Of a stretch of 64,000 nucleotides of DNA, positions 1 through 10,900 are shown piece by piece. Each line of letters starts with the position of its first letter. The stretch's first letter is position 1. Both the position numbers and the translations under genes were made by a program. The stretch comes from an uncultured Acidobacteriota bacterium (GTDB lineage: Bacteria; Acidobacteriota; Blastocatellia; RBC074). The notes beneath the pieces were generated by a model. The model had not been told where the DNA came from. It saw only the letters and a program-made list of their open reading frames with translations, and did not search any database. The stretch is from positions 416,001 to 480,000 of the forward strand of contig CAWCKY010000004.1 of the NCBI GenBank assembly GCA_963796275.1. The letters run 5' to 3'.

Positions 1-3
1 CTG

Positions 4-2472
4 TTGCAGGCCAACCCGAACGACGCGGCTGCGCAAAAGGGACTGCTGCAGGCGTATCTTGAAACCGGCCGATACGCCGAAGCCGAACGCGATGCTAAGA
101 AGTTCGCCGGCTCAAAAGCGAACGAGCCCCTGATGAGGCTAATGCTGGGCGAGGTCTATGCCATCACCGGCCGCTATCCCGAGGCCGTCGCCGAATTCGA
201 AGGCGCGCGCAAATCGGCCGATGCGCCGACCAAACTGCGAGCGGAACTTCGTCGCGGAGAGGTGCTCAGGCTCACGGGTAAAGAGGAAGCCGCGGTGGAG
301 GCATTCAAGACCATCGACGTGCATTTCGAAGCGAACGAAGCCGATACCGCCGAAGAGCTGACTATCCACGCGCGCGCCCTGACGAATCTCGAAAAATTCC
401 ACGACGCCAACGAAGTCTATCTCGAAGCCATTGAGCTCGACGAGGCATATCTCGATGCGCATCTCGGCGGAGGGGAACTTTACACGGCCAAGTACAACTA
501 TGCCGACGCCGCCAAATTCTTCGATGACGCGGCCAAGGTCAATTCCAATAACGCGCGGCTTCATCTCGATATCGCGGCCAACCGGCGGATAGAGGGTGGC
601 GAGAAAATGAACGCGCCGCTGACGGAAGCGCTCAAGATCAACCCGAACTATGTCGAGGCCAGGATATTCGCTGCCACCATCGATCTGGAGGCTGAGCGCT
701 TCCCTTCCGCGTCCAAGCATCTGGACGAGGCTCTCAAGGTCAATCCGAATGCGCCGGACGCTCACGCCTTACGGGCGGCGATGTTCTGGCTGCAGGAGCG
801 CAAGAGCGATCTGGACAACGAAATCAAGGCCACGCTGGCGATCAACCCGCGCTACGGAATGCTCTACGAAGTGCTGGCGCATTTCGCGACCCAGGTGCGC
901 CGGTACAATGAGGGGGTCGTATTTCTACGCGAAGCGATCAGGCTTTCACCCAGATTGTGGTCATCACATCTCGCGCTGGGCATAGGTTTGCTGCGGCTGG
1001 GCCAGATGGATGAGGGGCGGGCCGAGCTGGAGCTGGCATTCAAAGGCGATCCTTTCAACTTGTGGGCGAAGAACACGCTCGACCTGCTCGATACGATGAA
1101 GGATTACCGCACGACCAGGCGGGGTGATTTCATCCTGACGGCGGCGGCCAAAGAGAATGACGTGCTGAGCAACTACGCCGGCAATCTTCTCGACGAAGCA
1201 CAGCGAAAACTATCGGCGAAATACAAGTTCACGCCTCGCCCTCCCATCTCGGTCGAGATATTTCCGAACCATGCCGATTTCGAAGTGCGCGTGCTGGGGT
1301 TGACGGGCCTGGGCGCTCTCGGCGTCTGTTTCGGCCAGGTCATCGCGCAGGATTCCCCATCGGCGCGGCCCGGCGAGTTCAACTGGGGCAGCACGCTCTG
1401 GCACGAATACATGCACGTCATCACCCTGCAGATCACCGATCACCTGATTCCGCGCTGGTTCTCCGAAGGCCTCTCGGTCTTCGAGGAGCACAATGCGCGG
1501 CCCGGGTGGGGAGACGACTGGAACTCGGGGCTCATCAAGGCCCTGGCCGATGGCGAGTGGTTCAAGATCGCCGACCTGGACAATGGATTCATCCGCCCGA
1601 AGCGGCCGAACGATGTGCCGCTGGCCTACTTCGAAGCCTCGCAGGTCTGCCACTTCATCAACGACCGCTACGGGTTCAATGCGATCCTCGAGATGCTTCG
1701 CGGTTATCGCGAGAAGAAGAAGACGCCGGAAATTCTCCGGCAGGTTTTGCAACTTTCGGAAGCCGATTTCGACCGCGAGTTCAATAAATATACGCGCGAC
1801 CAGGTCGACAAATACATCAAAACGCTCGAATCCGGATTTAAAGCGACGGCCTCAGCACGGCCCTCAAAGGAAGAGGTCTTCACGAAGGCCGCCGCGAGCC
1901 CTGATGATTTCGCTATAAATTTCCGCGCGGGGTTGATCTATTACAGCGACAAGAACTACGACAAGGCGATCACACATTTGAAACGGTCGATCGAACTGTT
2001 TCCATACCAGGGCGGTGAGGCCAATGCCTACGAGCCGCTCGCCGAGATGTACGAGAAGCGCGGCGACAAGGCCGCCGCCGCCGAGATGCTCGAAGCGTTG
2101 ATAAAGGTCGACGAGGAGAACTATGAAGCCTTGAAGAAGCTCGCCCAACTCAAAATGGACCTGGGTGACAAAGCGCGGGCTCTCGAAGTTCTGCACCTGA
2201 GTTTTTACGTCAATCCGTTCGAGCATGCCGCGCATACGATGGCGGGAAACCTGCATCTCGAACGCAATGAAGCGGAGGCGGCCGTTCGCGAATTCCAGGT
2301 CGCGCTCGGCGCTAATCCCCCCAATGTCGCGGAAGCGCATTACAACATCGCCCGCGCCTACCTCGCTGCCGGTAAAAACAGTGACGCGAAACGATCCGTG
2401 CTGCGGGCGCTGGAGACCGCCCCCGGATTCGAAAAGGCTCAGGAGCTTTTATTGAAACTTACGAATCAATAA
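4..2472 (+). CDS. TPR-repeat protein with gluzincin (peptidase MA-like) domain; probably truncated at the 5' window edge
   Basis: 822-aa ORF open from the window start; many TPR-like repeats flank HEYMH (HExxH) followed by PRWFSEG (third ligand Glu). Confidence 0.8.
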   Translation: MQANPNDAAAQKGLLQAYLETGRYAEAERDAKKFAGSKANEPLMRLMLGEVYAITGRYPEAVAEFEGARKSADAPTKLRAELRRGEVLRLTGKEEAAVEAFKTIDVHFEANEADTAEELTIHARALTNLEKFHDANEVYLEAIELDEAYLDAHLGGGELYTAKYNYADAAKFFDDAAKVNSNNARLHLDIAANRRIEGGEKMNAPLTEALKINPNYVEARIFAATIDLEAERFPSASKHLDEALKVNPNAPDAHALRAAMFWLQERKSDLDNEIKATLAINPRYGMLYEVLAHFATQVRRYNEGVVFLREAIRLSPRLWSSHLALGIGLLRLGQMDEGRAELELAFKGDPFNLWAKNTLDLLDTMKDYRTTRRGDFILTAAAKENDVLSNYAGNLLDEAQRKLSAKYKFTPRPPISVEIFPNHADFEVRVLGLTGLGALGVCFGQVIAQDSPSARPGEFNWGSTLWHEYMHVITLQITDHLIPRWFSEGLSVFEEHNARPGWGDDWNSGLIKALADGEWFKIADLDNGFIRPKRPNDVPLAYFEASQVCHFINDRYGFNAILEMLRGYREKKKTPEILRQVLQLSEADFDREFNKYTRDQVDKYIKTLESGFKATASARPSKEEVFTKAAASPDDFAINFRAGLIYYSDKNYDKAITHLKRSIELFPYQGGEANAYEPLAEMYEKRGDKAAAAEMLEALIKVDEENYEALKKLAQLKMDLGDKARALEVLHLSFYVNPFEHAAHTMAGNLHLERNEAEAAVREFQVALGANPPNVAEAHYNIARAYLAAGKNSDAKRSVLRALETAPGFEKAQELLLKLTNQ

Positions 2473-2504
2473 AAGGGTAGATATAATTATGGGTGTATAA
2501 CTCT

Positions 2505-2740
2505 TCAGCCCGCTTCATCGGGGCTTTCCCGCGGAGCAAAAAATAGGTTACGAAGACTGGTGGCTCGGGTAGCGCCATCACTGAGAGAGCGATTAAGCGT
2601 CCCTGCAGTCTGGCCCTGGCCACAAGTGATCGAGAGACGGCTTTAAAGGGCCTGAGTGGGGAACAGGTTGAGTTATCCATCGACACCGGACGTCGAACGG
2701 TTGCCTGTTTGCCCGGCGGGCCCCCCCGATGAAGCTGGCT
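2505..2740. repeat. Long imperfect fold-back element (REP/MITE-like or structured RNA)
   Basis: Left arm cagcccgcttcatcggggctttcccgcggagcaaa is complementary to right arm tttgcccggcgggcccccccgatgaagctggct; similar left-arm copy at 46843-46878. Confidence 0.55.
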
Positions 2741-2761
2741 AAGATGTTACAATGGAGCATT

Positions 2762-3604
2762 ATGAAAAAGCGTAAGCTAACCATCTCCATCATCGCGATC
2801 TGTTTGCTCGCCGGCTTGGCGCTGGGGCAGCGCCCGCACCGGAAAAAACCGACGATGGACCTACCCTCCGTATCGGAGGGCGGTATTCCGAAAGCTGATG
2901 AGAACCTTTCGGGACGATTCACGTTCGTGCGGGTTCGGTTCGATATGAGCCTGTATGCATCCGCATATCGCTACAGCAACATGCTCGGTGATAATGGTCC
3001 GCCATGGTCGCACGATTACCCGGTCGCGGGCCGCCACCTGATGAAGATAATGGCCGAGTTATCGGAGATCGACGCCAATCTCGATATCAATGAACCGATC
3101 GTAACATTCGATGATCCGGCGCTCTTCAAATTCCCCTTCGCATACCTCTGCGAGGTGGGGTTTATGGAACTGAACGACCAGGAGATTCAGGGATGGCGCG
3201 AATATTTACTGCGCGGCGGTTTCCTGATGGTCGATGATTTCCGCGCTCAATACGATTTTCAAAATTTTCAAGAACACGTCAAAAGAGCATTCCCCGAATA
3301 TCAACTAAAGAAGCTCGATATTTCGCACCCTATTTTCAATTGCTTCTTCTCGATCAAAACATTGGAGCTCAACCCGGTTTACGGCCGCGGCACATACTAC
3401 GACAACGTCGGCGGCGGCCAATACTTATTACCTGAATTCTGGGGGTTGGAAGACGAGACGGGCCGTCTGATGATGATCGCCAATCATAACTATGACGTGA
3501 GCGATTACTGGCAGTTCTCGGACAACCCCTTCAGCCCGATCGAGGAGACGAACGAGGCATACAAGTTTGGCGTGAATTACATAATCTATGCGCTAACGCA
3601 CTAA
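2762..3604 (+). CDS. DUF4159 domain exported protein
   Basis: ATG at 2762 after GGAG; signal peptide (KKRK..LLAGLALG); WSHDYP, YLLRGGFLMVDDF, HPIF and C-terminal GVNYIIYALTH motifs. Confidence 0.8.
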   Translation: MKKRKLTISIIAICLLAGLALGQRPHRKKPTMDLPSVSEGGIPKADENLSGRFTFVRVRFDMSLYASAYRYSNMLGDNGPPWSHDYPVAGRHLMKIMAELSEIDANLDINEPIVTFDDPALFKFPFAYLCEVGFMELNDQEIQGWREYLLRGGFLMVDDFRAQYDFQNFQEHVKRAFPEYQLKKLDISHPIFNCFFSIKTLELNPVYGRGTYYDNVGGGQYLLPEFWGLEDETGRLMMIANHNYDVSDYWQFSDNPFSPIEETNEAYKFGVNYIIYALTH

Positions 3605-3628
3605 TCTCAATCTAACAAGGGGACCATA

Positions 3629-4648
3629 ATGGCTGTAGACACTCAAGTGATCCGTGACGAGGAAGTGTTGGAAAAACTTACCGCCGCGCGCGCGAGCATA
3701 TTACGCGAAATTCGCAAGGCGATCGTGGGACAGGATGAGGTGGTGGAACAAGTCCTGATCTCGCTTTTCGTCGGCGGACATTCGATCATCACCGGCGTGC
3801 CCGGGCTCGCCAAAACCTTGCTGGTGCGGACGATCGCCAACGTGCTCGATCTCTCGTTCAAGCGGATCCAATTCACGCCGGACCTCATGCCAGCCGATAT
3901 CACAGGGACTGAGATCATCGAAGAGGACCGCGCGACGGGAAAACGCGCTCTGGAATTCATCCACGGGCCTATCTTCGCCAACATCATCCTGGCTGACGAA
4001 ATCAACCGCACTCCGCCGAAGACTCAGGCGGCCCTGCTCGAAGCGATGCAGGAGGGCAACGTGACCGTACAGGGCGAGACCTATCCGCTTCCCAAGCCCT
4101 TCTTCGTGCTCGCGACGCAGAATCCGATCGAAATGGAAGGCACCTATCCGCTGCCGGAAGCGCAGCTCGATCGTTTTATGTTCAATGTCCGCATCGGATA
4201 TCTGCCGGAAGAGGATGAAGTGGAGGTGGTCAAGATGACTACTTCGCCGCAGGACCTGAGGTTCGAACGACTGATGTCGGCCGAAGAGATCATCGCTTTC
4301 CAGAGACTTGTGCGTAAAGTCCCATCGGCCGATTCCGTCACGCGCTATGCGGTGAATCTGGTCAGCACGAGCCGGCCGGGCACCGAACGGGCGCCGGATT
4401 TTATCAACCGCTGGGTGACCTGGGGCGGTTCATTGAGGGCATCACAATATCTCATCCTGGCGGGCAAGGCGCGAGCCATTCTGCACGGGCGTTATAACGT
4501 CTCGTGTGAAGACATTCGCGCATTGGCTCAGCCCGTTTTGCGCCATCGCATCCTGCTCAATTTCCAGGCTGAATCCGAGAAGGTGGATTCGGATCACGTG
4601 ATCAGAAGGTTGATAGAAACGGTTCCCGAACCCAAGTCGGGGCTTTAA
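3629..4648 (+). CDS. moxR: MoxR family AAA+ ATPase
   Basis: Walker A GVPGLAKT, RIQFTPDLMPADITG, Walker B ILADEINR, ATQNPIEMEGTYPLPEAQLDRF. Confidence 0.95.
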   Translation: MAVDTQVIRDEEVLEKLTAARASILREIRKAIVGQDEVVEQVLISLFVGGHSIITGVPGLAKTLLVRTIANVLDLSFKRIQFTPDLMPADITGTEIIEEDRATGKRALEFIHGPIFANIILADEINRTPPKTQAALLEAMQEGNVTVQGETYPLPKPFFVLATQNPIEMEGTYPLPEAQLDRFMFNVRIGYLPEEDEVEVVKMTTSPQDLRFERLMSAEEIIAFQRLVRKVPSADSVTRYAVNLVSTSRPGTERAPDFINRWVTWGGSLRASQYLILAGKARAILHGRYNVSCEDIRALAQPVLRHRILLNFQAESEKVDSDHVIRRLIETVPEPKSGL

Positions 4649-4732
4649 TTGCGGACTGCGATTGCGGATTTTCGGAACGATTTCCCATTCAATCCGCAAT
4701 CTGCGCGTTATCTGAGGCACAAGTAAGTAGAG

Positions 4733-5665
4733 ATGAAACTTACCAATCAACCATCCGCGATTCGCAACGGGCAATCCGCAGTCAGTCTGCGGTTCCTTTC
4801 CCCCGATGTACTGGCGCGCATCAGTTCGCTCGAGTTGCTCGCTCGCAGCGTCGTCGAGGGCTTTATCTCGGGATTGCATCGGTCGCCGTTCACCGGCTTC
4901 TCTACCGAATTCGCCGAGTATCGGCAGTATATGCCCGGAGATGATCTGCGCTACCTGGATTGGAAATTGTTGGGGCGCACCGACCGCTATTACATCAAGA
5001 AATACCGGGCCGACACCAACGCGCAGTGCCATATCCTGATCGATGCCAGCGCATCGATGCGGTATACCACGGGATCGATCACCAAACTCCAGTATGCGCA
5101 ATATCTCGGCTCCTCGCTCGCTTACCTCTCCAATAAACAGCAGGACGCGGTCGGATTTATCGCATTCGATCAGGAGATCCGCACGCACGTGCCGGCGCAC
5201 AACCGCACCGGGCAAATGCGCACGATCTTCGGGCGGATGGAGCAACTCGAGGCGGGCAATGAGACCAATTTGTCGAAAATGCTCCACCAGGCTGCCGAGA
5301 GAATTACGCGTCGCGGCATCATCATCGTGATCTCCGATTTTTACGATGAGCCGGCAGCGATCGTCAGCGCGCTCCAGCACCTGCGGTTCAAAGGCAACGA
5401 TGTCATCGTCTTTCACGTGCTCGACAAGAATGAGTTGGATTTTGAATTCACCGAGCCGGTCCTCCTGGAAGATGCGGAGAGCGAAGAGCAGATTCACGTA
5501 ATGCCCGATGTGTTGGGTGAAGGTTATCGCAACACCATTCGCGCGCACATCGATCAGCTGCGCGACGGCGCATCGATAAACAGGATCGATTACGAATTGC
5601 TGACAACCGACAAGCCGCTTGATTTCGCGTTGTTCTCGTTTTTGGCTAAAAGGGCGAAACAGTAG
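4733..5665 (+). CDS. DUF58 (vWA-like) MoxR partner protein
   Basis: GLHRSPFTGFSTEFAEYRQYMPGDDLRYLDWK, DASASM MIDAS-like motif, ISDF. Confidence 0.92.
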   Translation: MKLTNQPSAIRNGQSAVSLRFLSPDVLARISSLELLARSVVEGFISGLHRSPFTGFSTEFAEYRQYMPGDDLRYLDWKLLGRTDRYYIKKYRADTNAQCHILIDASASMRYTTGSITKLQYAQYLGSSLAYLSNKQQDAVGFIAFDQEIRTHVPAHNRTGQMRTIFGRMEQLEAGNETNLSKMLHQAAERITRRGIIIVISDFYDEPAAIVSALQHLRFKGNDVIVFHVLDKNELDFEFTEPVLLEDAESEEQIHVMPDVLGEGYRNTIRAHIDQLRDGASINRIDYELLTTDKPLDFALFSFLAKRAKQ

Positions 5666-5753
5666 GAAACCAATAGGGCGAGAAGCGGCGAAACGCAAAA
5701 ATCCTTTTTGCACCTTTTTGCTGCTTGCCCTTTTTTGTTTCCGCCATTAAAAA

Positions 5754-7797
5754 ATGTCATTTCTAAATCCACTATTCCTGCTCGGGCTTGCGGCCATCGC
5801 CGCGCCGGTCATCGTACATCTGGTGCGGCGCACGAAAGCTCCGCGCGTCGAGTTCCCTTCCCTCATGTTCGTGCGGCGCGTCCCGCAGCGTACGATTCGC
5901 AAACGTCAATTTCAGAACCTGCTGTTGCTCCTGCTGCGGTGCGCGGCGTTCCTCCTGCTGGTACTCGCCTTCGTGCGCCCCTACTTCGGCAGCGGTCAGG
6001 CCGAGAGCGCCGGGCAGCGCGCAAACATCATCCTGCTCGATTCGTCATTCAGTATGCGCTATGACAACCGCTTCGATCGGGCAAAAGAGCGAGCCCGGGA
6101 GACCATCGATCAATTCGGCGGCGGAGATCGCACGGCGCTCGTAACTTTCGGGCAGGGCTATGAAGTTCAAAACAGATTCACGACTGACATCGGCCAGTTG
6201 AAATCCGTGCTCGCTAACCTTCAACCCGGCTCCGGCAGTACCGACTACATCCAGGCGATCCGGGCTGCTGAAGGAATGTTCAAAGAGGCGGGGGCCGGCA
6301 TCAAGAACATAATCTTGATCTCGGATTTTCAGGCCAGCGGGCGTAATGCGTCCGAGGCGGCCTATCGTCTGGACAAAGCTATAAAGCTCACGACCATAGA
6401 TACTGGGCGAACCTGAATCACCCAACCTGGCGATCCCGGAAGTAGTGGTTCAACCGCTGATCTACCAGCCGAAATACACGGAGCGCCTCACGGCGCGCAT
6501 CGCGAACTTCAGCGAGGCGGCTAAGGATGCCGTACGCGTCGAATTTCAGCTGAACGACCGCACCGTCGAGAAGCGCGAGATTAAGATTCCCGCGCGCGAT
6601 GCGACTACTGTCGAGTTCACCGGGTTCAATCTCAACGAAGGAGACAACCGCGCGACGATCCAGGTCGATGGCGACAATTTCTCCTTCGATAATCGCCGCT
6701 ACTTCACTCTGCGCCGCACCGACCAGCTGAAAGCGCTGGTGATAGAGTCTGCGACGCGCGGCCGCAGTGAGAGCTTTTACCTGCGCAACGCCTTGATGAC
6801 AGGCGAGAACCTGCCCTTCAACGTGGAGAGCAAGACGGCCGGCGCGGTCAATCCTACCGAGATCGCGAACTATCGGGTGATCATTCTCAATGACCCGGGA
6901 AGCGTCTCTCAAGCCATGGCGGCTCAGCTCACCAGGTTCATCGAGGGCGGCGGCGGACTCATCATCTCGGCGGGACCGCACACTGATCCGTCCGCATTCA
7001 ACCAGACATTTCAGAACATTGCGCCGGCTAAACTCGAGGAGGCGGTGCAATTGCGCGGCGATTACGTCTCTATGAGCGAGATCAAAACCGATCATCCGAT
7101 CTTCGAGGTCTTCCGGCAGAGCGGGCGGCTATCGGCGGCGCGCGTCTTCGGGTATCACCGGGCAACCTCGAGCGAACAGGCATCTGTGCTCGCCCGCTTT
7201 GAGAACGGCAACCCGGCCCTGATCGAATCGTCGCACGGAAGCGGCAGGGTCCTGCTCTTCACCTCGACTTTCGACGCGAGCTGGAACGACCTGCCATTGA
7301 CCCCGATCTATCTCCCGCTCGTGCGGCAGATGACGCGGTATCTGGGTGAGCACGAAGAAGCGGCTTCGAACCTGCTCGGAGAGACCTTCACAGTCGCAGC
7401 GGCGAAGGACGGCTCGCTTCCTTCGATCGACGATCCGAGCGGCGACCGCGTAACCGACCGCAAACAGATGGCGACGGGAGAATTGATAGTCAACGCGAGC
7501 GAGCCGGGATTTTATCATCTGCGTTATTCCGGCAATTCAAAGTACGCGGCGGTAAACCTCGACGGCAAAGAATCGGATTTAGCGAAACTCAGTGTGGACG
7601 AGTTCGTCGCCTCCGTCACCGGCACCGATCCGGCTGCAGCACAGGCCGCCAGCGTCACCGGCGGTGAAAAGTTGAGCAATGATGAGGTAGAATCGCGCCA
7701 GCGCGTCTGGTGGATTTTGCTGATTGCGGCATTCCTGTTGTTCGTAGCGGAGGGCATTCTTGCGCGGCGAATAAAAATGTCGAGGGTGATCGGCTGA
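5754..7797 (+). pseudogene. BatA/vWA membrane protein split by a +1 frameshift at GGG 6405-6407 (ORFs 5754-6416 and 6445-7797); sequencing error or real lesion
   Basis: MSFLNPLFLLGL..PVIVHL BatA N-terminus and DSSFSM MIDAS; removing one G gives continuous ..TIDTGEPESPNLAIPEVVVQPL.. into the second ORF, which ends in a C-terminal TM helix. Confidence 0.85.
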
Positions 7798-7971
7798 AAG
7801 GGCAGGGCATGTGAAGATCGAATGAGTTATGATTATGCAGAAGAGAGTTTCCCCACAAAAAGCAAAAGTATTTCCAAAGACACAAACATCTTCGTTCTCT
7901 GTGCTCTTTGAGTTATTTCTGTTTCATCGTGGTGAATCTAACGGGTGGGTCGTCAAATCGCGAGGAAAATT

Positions 7972-10900
7972 ATGAATTATCTAGATAATCAAGTCTTCCA
8001 GATCATTCGTGCGGTGCGCAAGCGCCGTAATCTGCTCACCGTGTTACGCGGAGGTGCGATTACGCTCGCGATTTCAGCGGTTCTTTTGATCCTCAGCGGC
8101 TTCGCGGCATACCGCTATCGTTACAATACCGGCGCGCTCGTCTCGCTACGCATAGCCGCGCTTCTGGGTGTGATCGCCGCGGTATATTTCTTCCTCGTTC
8201 GCCCGCTGCGCCGCAAAATCAGCGATACGCGGATCGCGCGCTTCGTCGAAGAGAAACACTCCGGCATCGGCGATCGGCTCGTCAGCGCCGTGGAGTTCTC
8301 CGACGAAGAACAACGCTCGCTCTTTTCGCCATCCATTATCGAGCGCCTGATCGGCGATGCCGACCGGCACGCGCGCGACGTCAACGTTGACGAGGTCATC
8401 CCGCGTAAACGTTTCTGGCGACTGGGAGGCGCGGGAGCCGCGTGCATAGCTCTCTTCCTCTTCGCATTGATCTTCGGACCGGAAGAACTGAAGAGCGGAA
8501 TATTACAACTGGTCGCTCCGGCCAGCCCGGCGGCCGCATCGAATGCCCTCCGCCTCGATATCAAACCAGGAACCGCGCGCGTACCCAAAGGCTCGGATCA
8601 GAGGATCAGCGCTTCGCTCATAAACTTCCAGGCGGAACAGACCACCGTCTTTACGCGCAAAGCGGGCGGCGCGAGCGACCAGTGGGTCGGACAGCCGATG
8701 GAGCCCGCGAAGAACAACAACGAGTTCCAACTCTTCATTTTTAACATTCAGGAAGACACCGAGTACTTCTGCGAATCCGGAGGCGTACGCTCAGAGGTTT
8801 ATAAGCTTACGGTCGCAGACCTGCCGTTCGTCAAACGCATCGATCAAACGCAGTTTGCCCCCAGCTACACAGGCATGCGGCCCAAGATCATCGAGGATGC
8901 TCCGGATATCGCAGCACTCGCCGGCACGAACGTCAAACTCACCGCGAAGCTTTCAATCAAAGCGAAGGGCGCCCGGATCGTGCTTGCCGACGGAAAGAAA
9001 GTAGAGATGGAGCTGGCTGGCGAAAGCGATTTCGCCGGCACGATTTCGGTGACCAAGAACACCAGTTATCACATCGAGCTCACCAGCGTCGATGGAGATG
9101 TTTATAACGGCTCTAACGAATATGACATCAGCGTTCTCGAAGATCGTCCCCCGACGGTGACTTTCGATAAGCCCGGCCGCGATATGCGGGCGACGAGCGT
9201 GGAGGAGGTCTTCACGCAGGCCAAGGCTGAAGATGACTATGGCGTCGTCTCGCTCGACCTCCATTTTTCGGTCAACGGAGGCGAAGAGAAGAAGGTCGAT
9301 CTGCAGAAGTTGCGCGGCAACTCAGCGCGTACGCTCTCGGGCGCCCACACCTTTTTCCTGGAAGAATACGGCCTCGAGCCAGGAGACCTGATCTCGTACT
9401 ATGCCAGGGCTCGCGATGCGCGGAATGAGACCACCAGCGACATTTATTTCATCGAAGTCAAACCATTTCAGAAAGAGTTCAAACAATCACAACAGGGAGG
9501 CGGTGGCGGTGAAGGTGAAGATCAGGGGCAGGGATTGACCAGGCGGCAGAAGCAGGTCGTGGCCGCAACTTTTCGCGTGAATCGCGATGAGCCGACCTAT
9601 TCGGAGCAGGAGAAGACCGAGAACTACACCACGGTCACGCTCTCTCAGGAAAAATTGCACCAGGACGCGACTGCGCTGATCGACCGCATAAAACGCCGGA
9701 TGGGCGATCAGATCAGCCAGGAGCCGCAATTCGTGAAGCTCGTCGATTATCTGACCGAGGCGGCGAAGTCGATGGCGCCCGCAGTCACCGAACTGAAAGC
9801 GCGGAAAGGTAAAGATGCTATCGTGCACGAGCAAAAGGCGTTACAGCAGCTGATGCGCGCTGACGCTATCTTCCGCGAGATGGAGATCGCCATCAGCCAG
9901 GATGGGCAGGGCAACAGCTCCGAAGCCCAGGAGCTGGCCGATCTCTTCGAACTCGAAATGGATAAGATGAAGAACCAGTACGAGACGCTCAAGCGCGAGC
10001 AACAGCAGAAGTCTCAAAAGCAGGATGATGAGACCAAGCGCAAACTCGAAGAGCTCTCACAACGGATGCAGCGCGAGCTCGAGCAGCAGCAGCAGCGCAT
10101 GCAGAGCGCGCGCAACGGCGGCGGCGGCGGTGGCGGCCGCGACCAGCAACAGATGATCGACGAAGCCCGCAAGGCGGCGCGCGAACTCGAGCGGCTGTCG
10201 CGCGAGCGGCGCGACCCGCAGATGATGGACCTGAGCAATAAGCTCAACCAGGCGGCTGACGAAATGCAGCGCTCCCAGAATGCCGCGCGCAACAATAATC
10301 AACAGGAAGCGCTATCCCGCAATTTGCGAGCTCAGCAACAGATTGACGAGGCGACCCGCCGCCTCAACCAATTGCAGAAGTCCCAAGGCAACCAATCGAT
10401 CCAGGGCCTGCGCCAGCGCGCCTCCAACGCGGCGGCTCAGCAACAGGAGATCGCGAAACAGGTCGAAGATGTCGCCCGTCGCAGCCGCGCCGGGGATCAG
10501 TCGGCCGGCCAATCGAAGCAACAACTTTCAGAACGCAAGGATGAATTGGCCAACGAAGTGAACAATCTCGAAAGAGACATCGATCAAACTGCGCGCGGGC
10601 TCGGCCAGGAACAACAGGAGGCGGCTAACCGGTTGCGTGATGCGGCCACCTCGATCCGGCAAAACCGCGTGGCCGACCGCATCCGAGGTACGCGGAAGAT
10701 GGTGGATAGCAATGCGTTCGACGCCGCTCAAGCGGGAGACAGAGAGATTCAACAGAACCTCGATAATGTCGCCCAGCAACTGCAAGAGGCCGATAAGATG
10801 GCTCAGCGTAAGGGACAACAGGGCGGCGAGGCGGATCCTCTCGATAAAGCCAGCCAGCTGGCTAATAACATTGAATCGATGCGGCGCCGGCTCAACTCTG

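Noticed and set aside
4442-5713. 423-aa minus-strand ORF, and many similar antisense ORFs across the window
   Set aside because: They overlap well-supported genes on the opposite strand and have no motifs; expected in GC-rich coding DNA.
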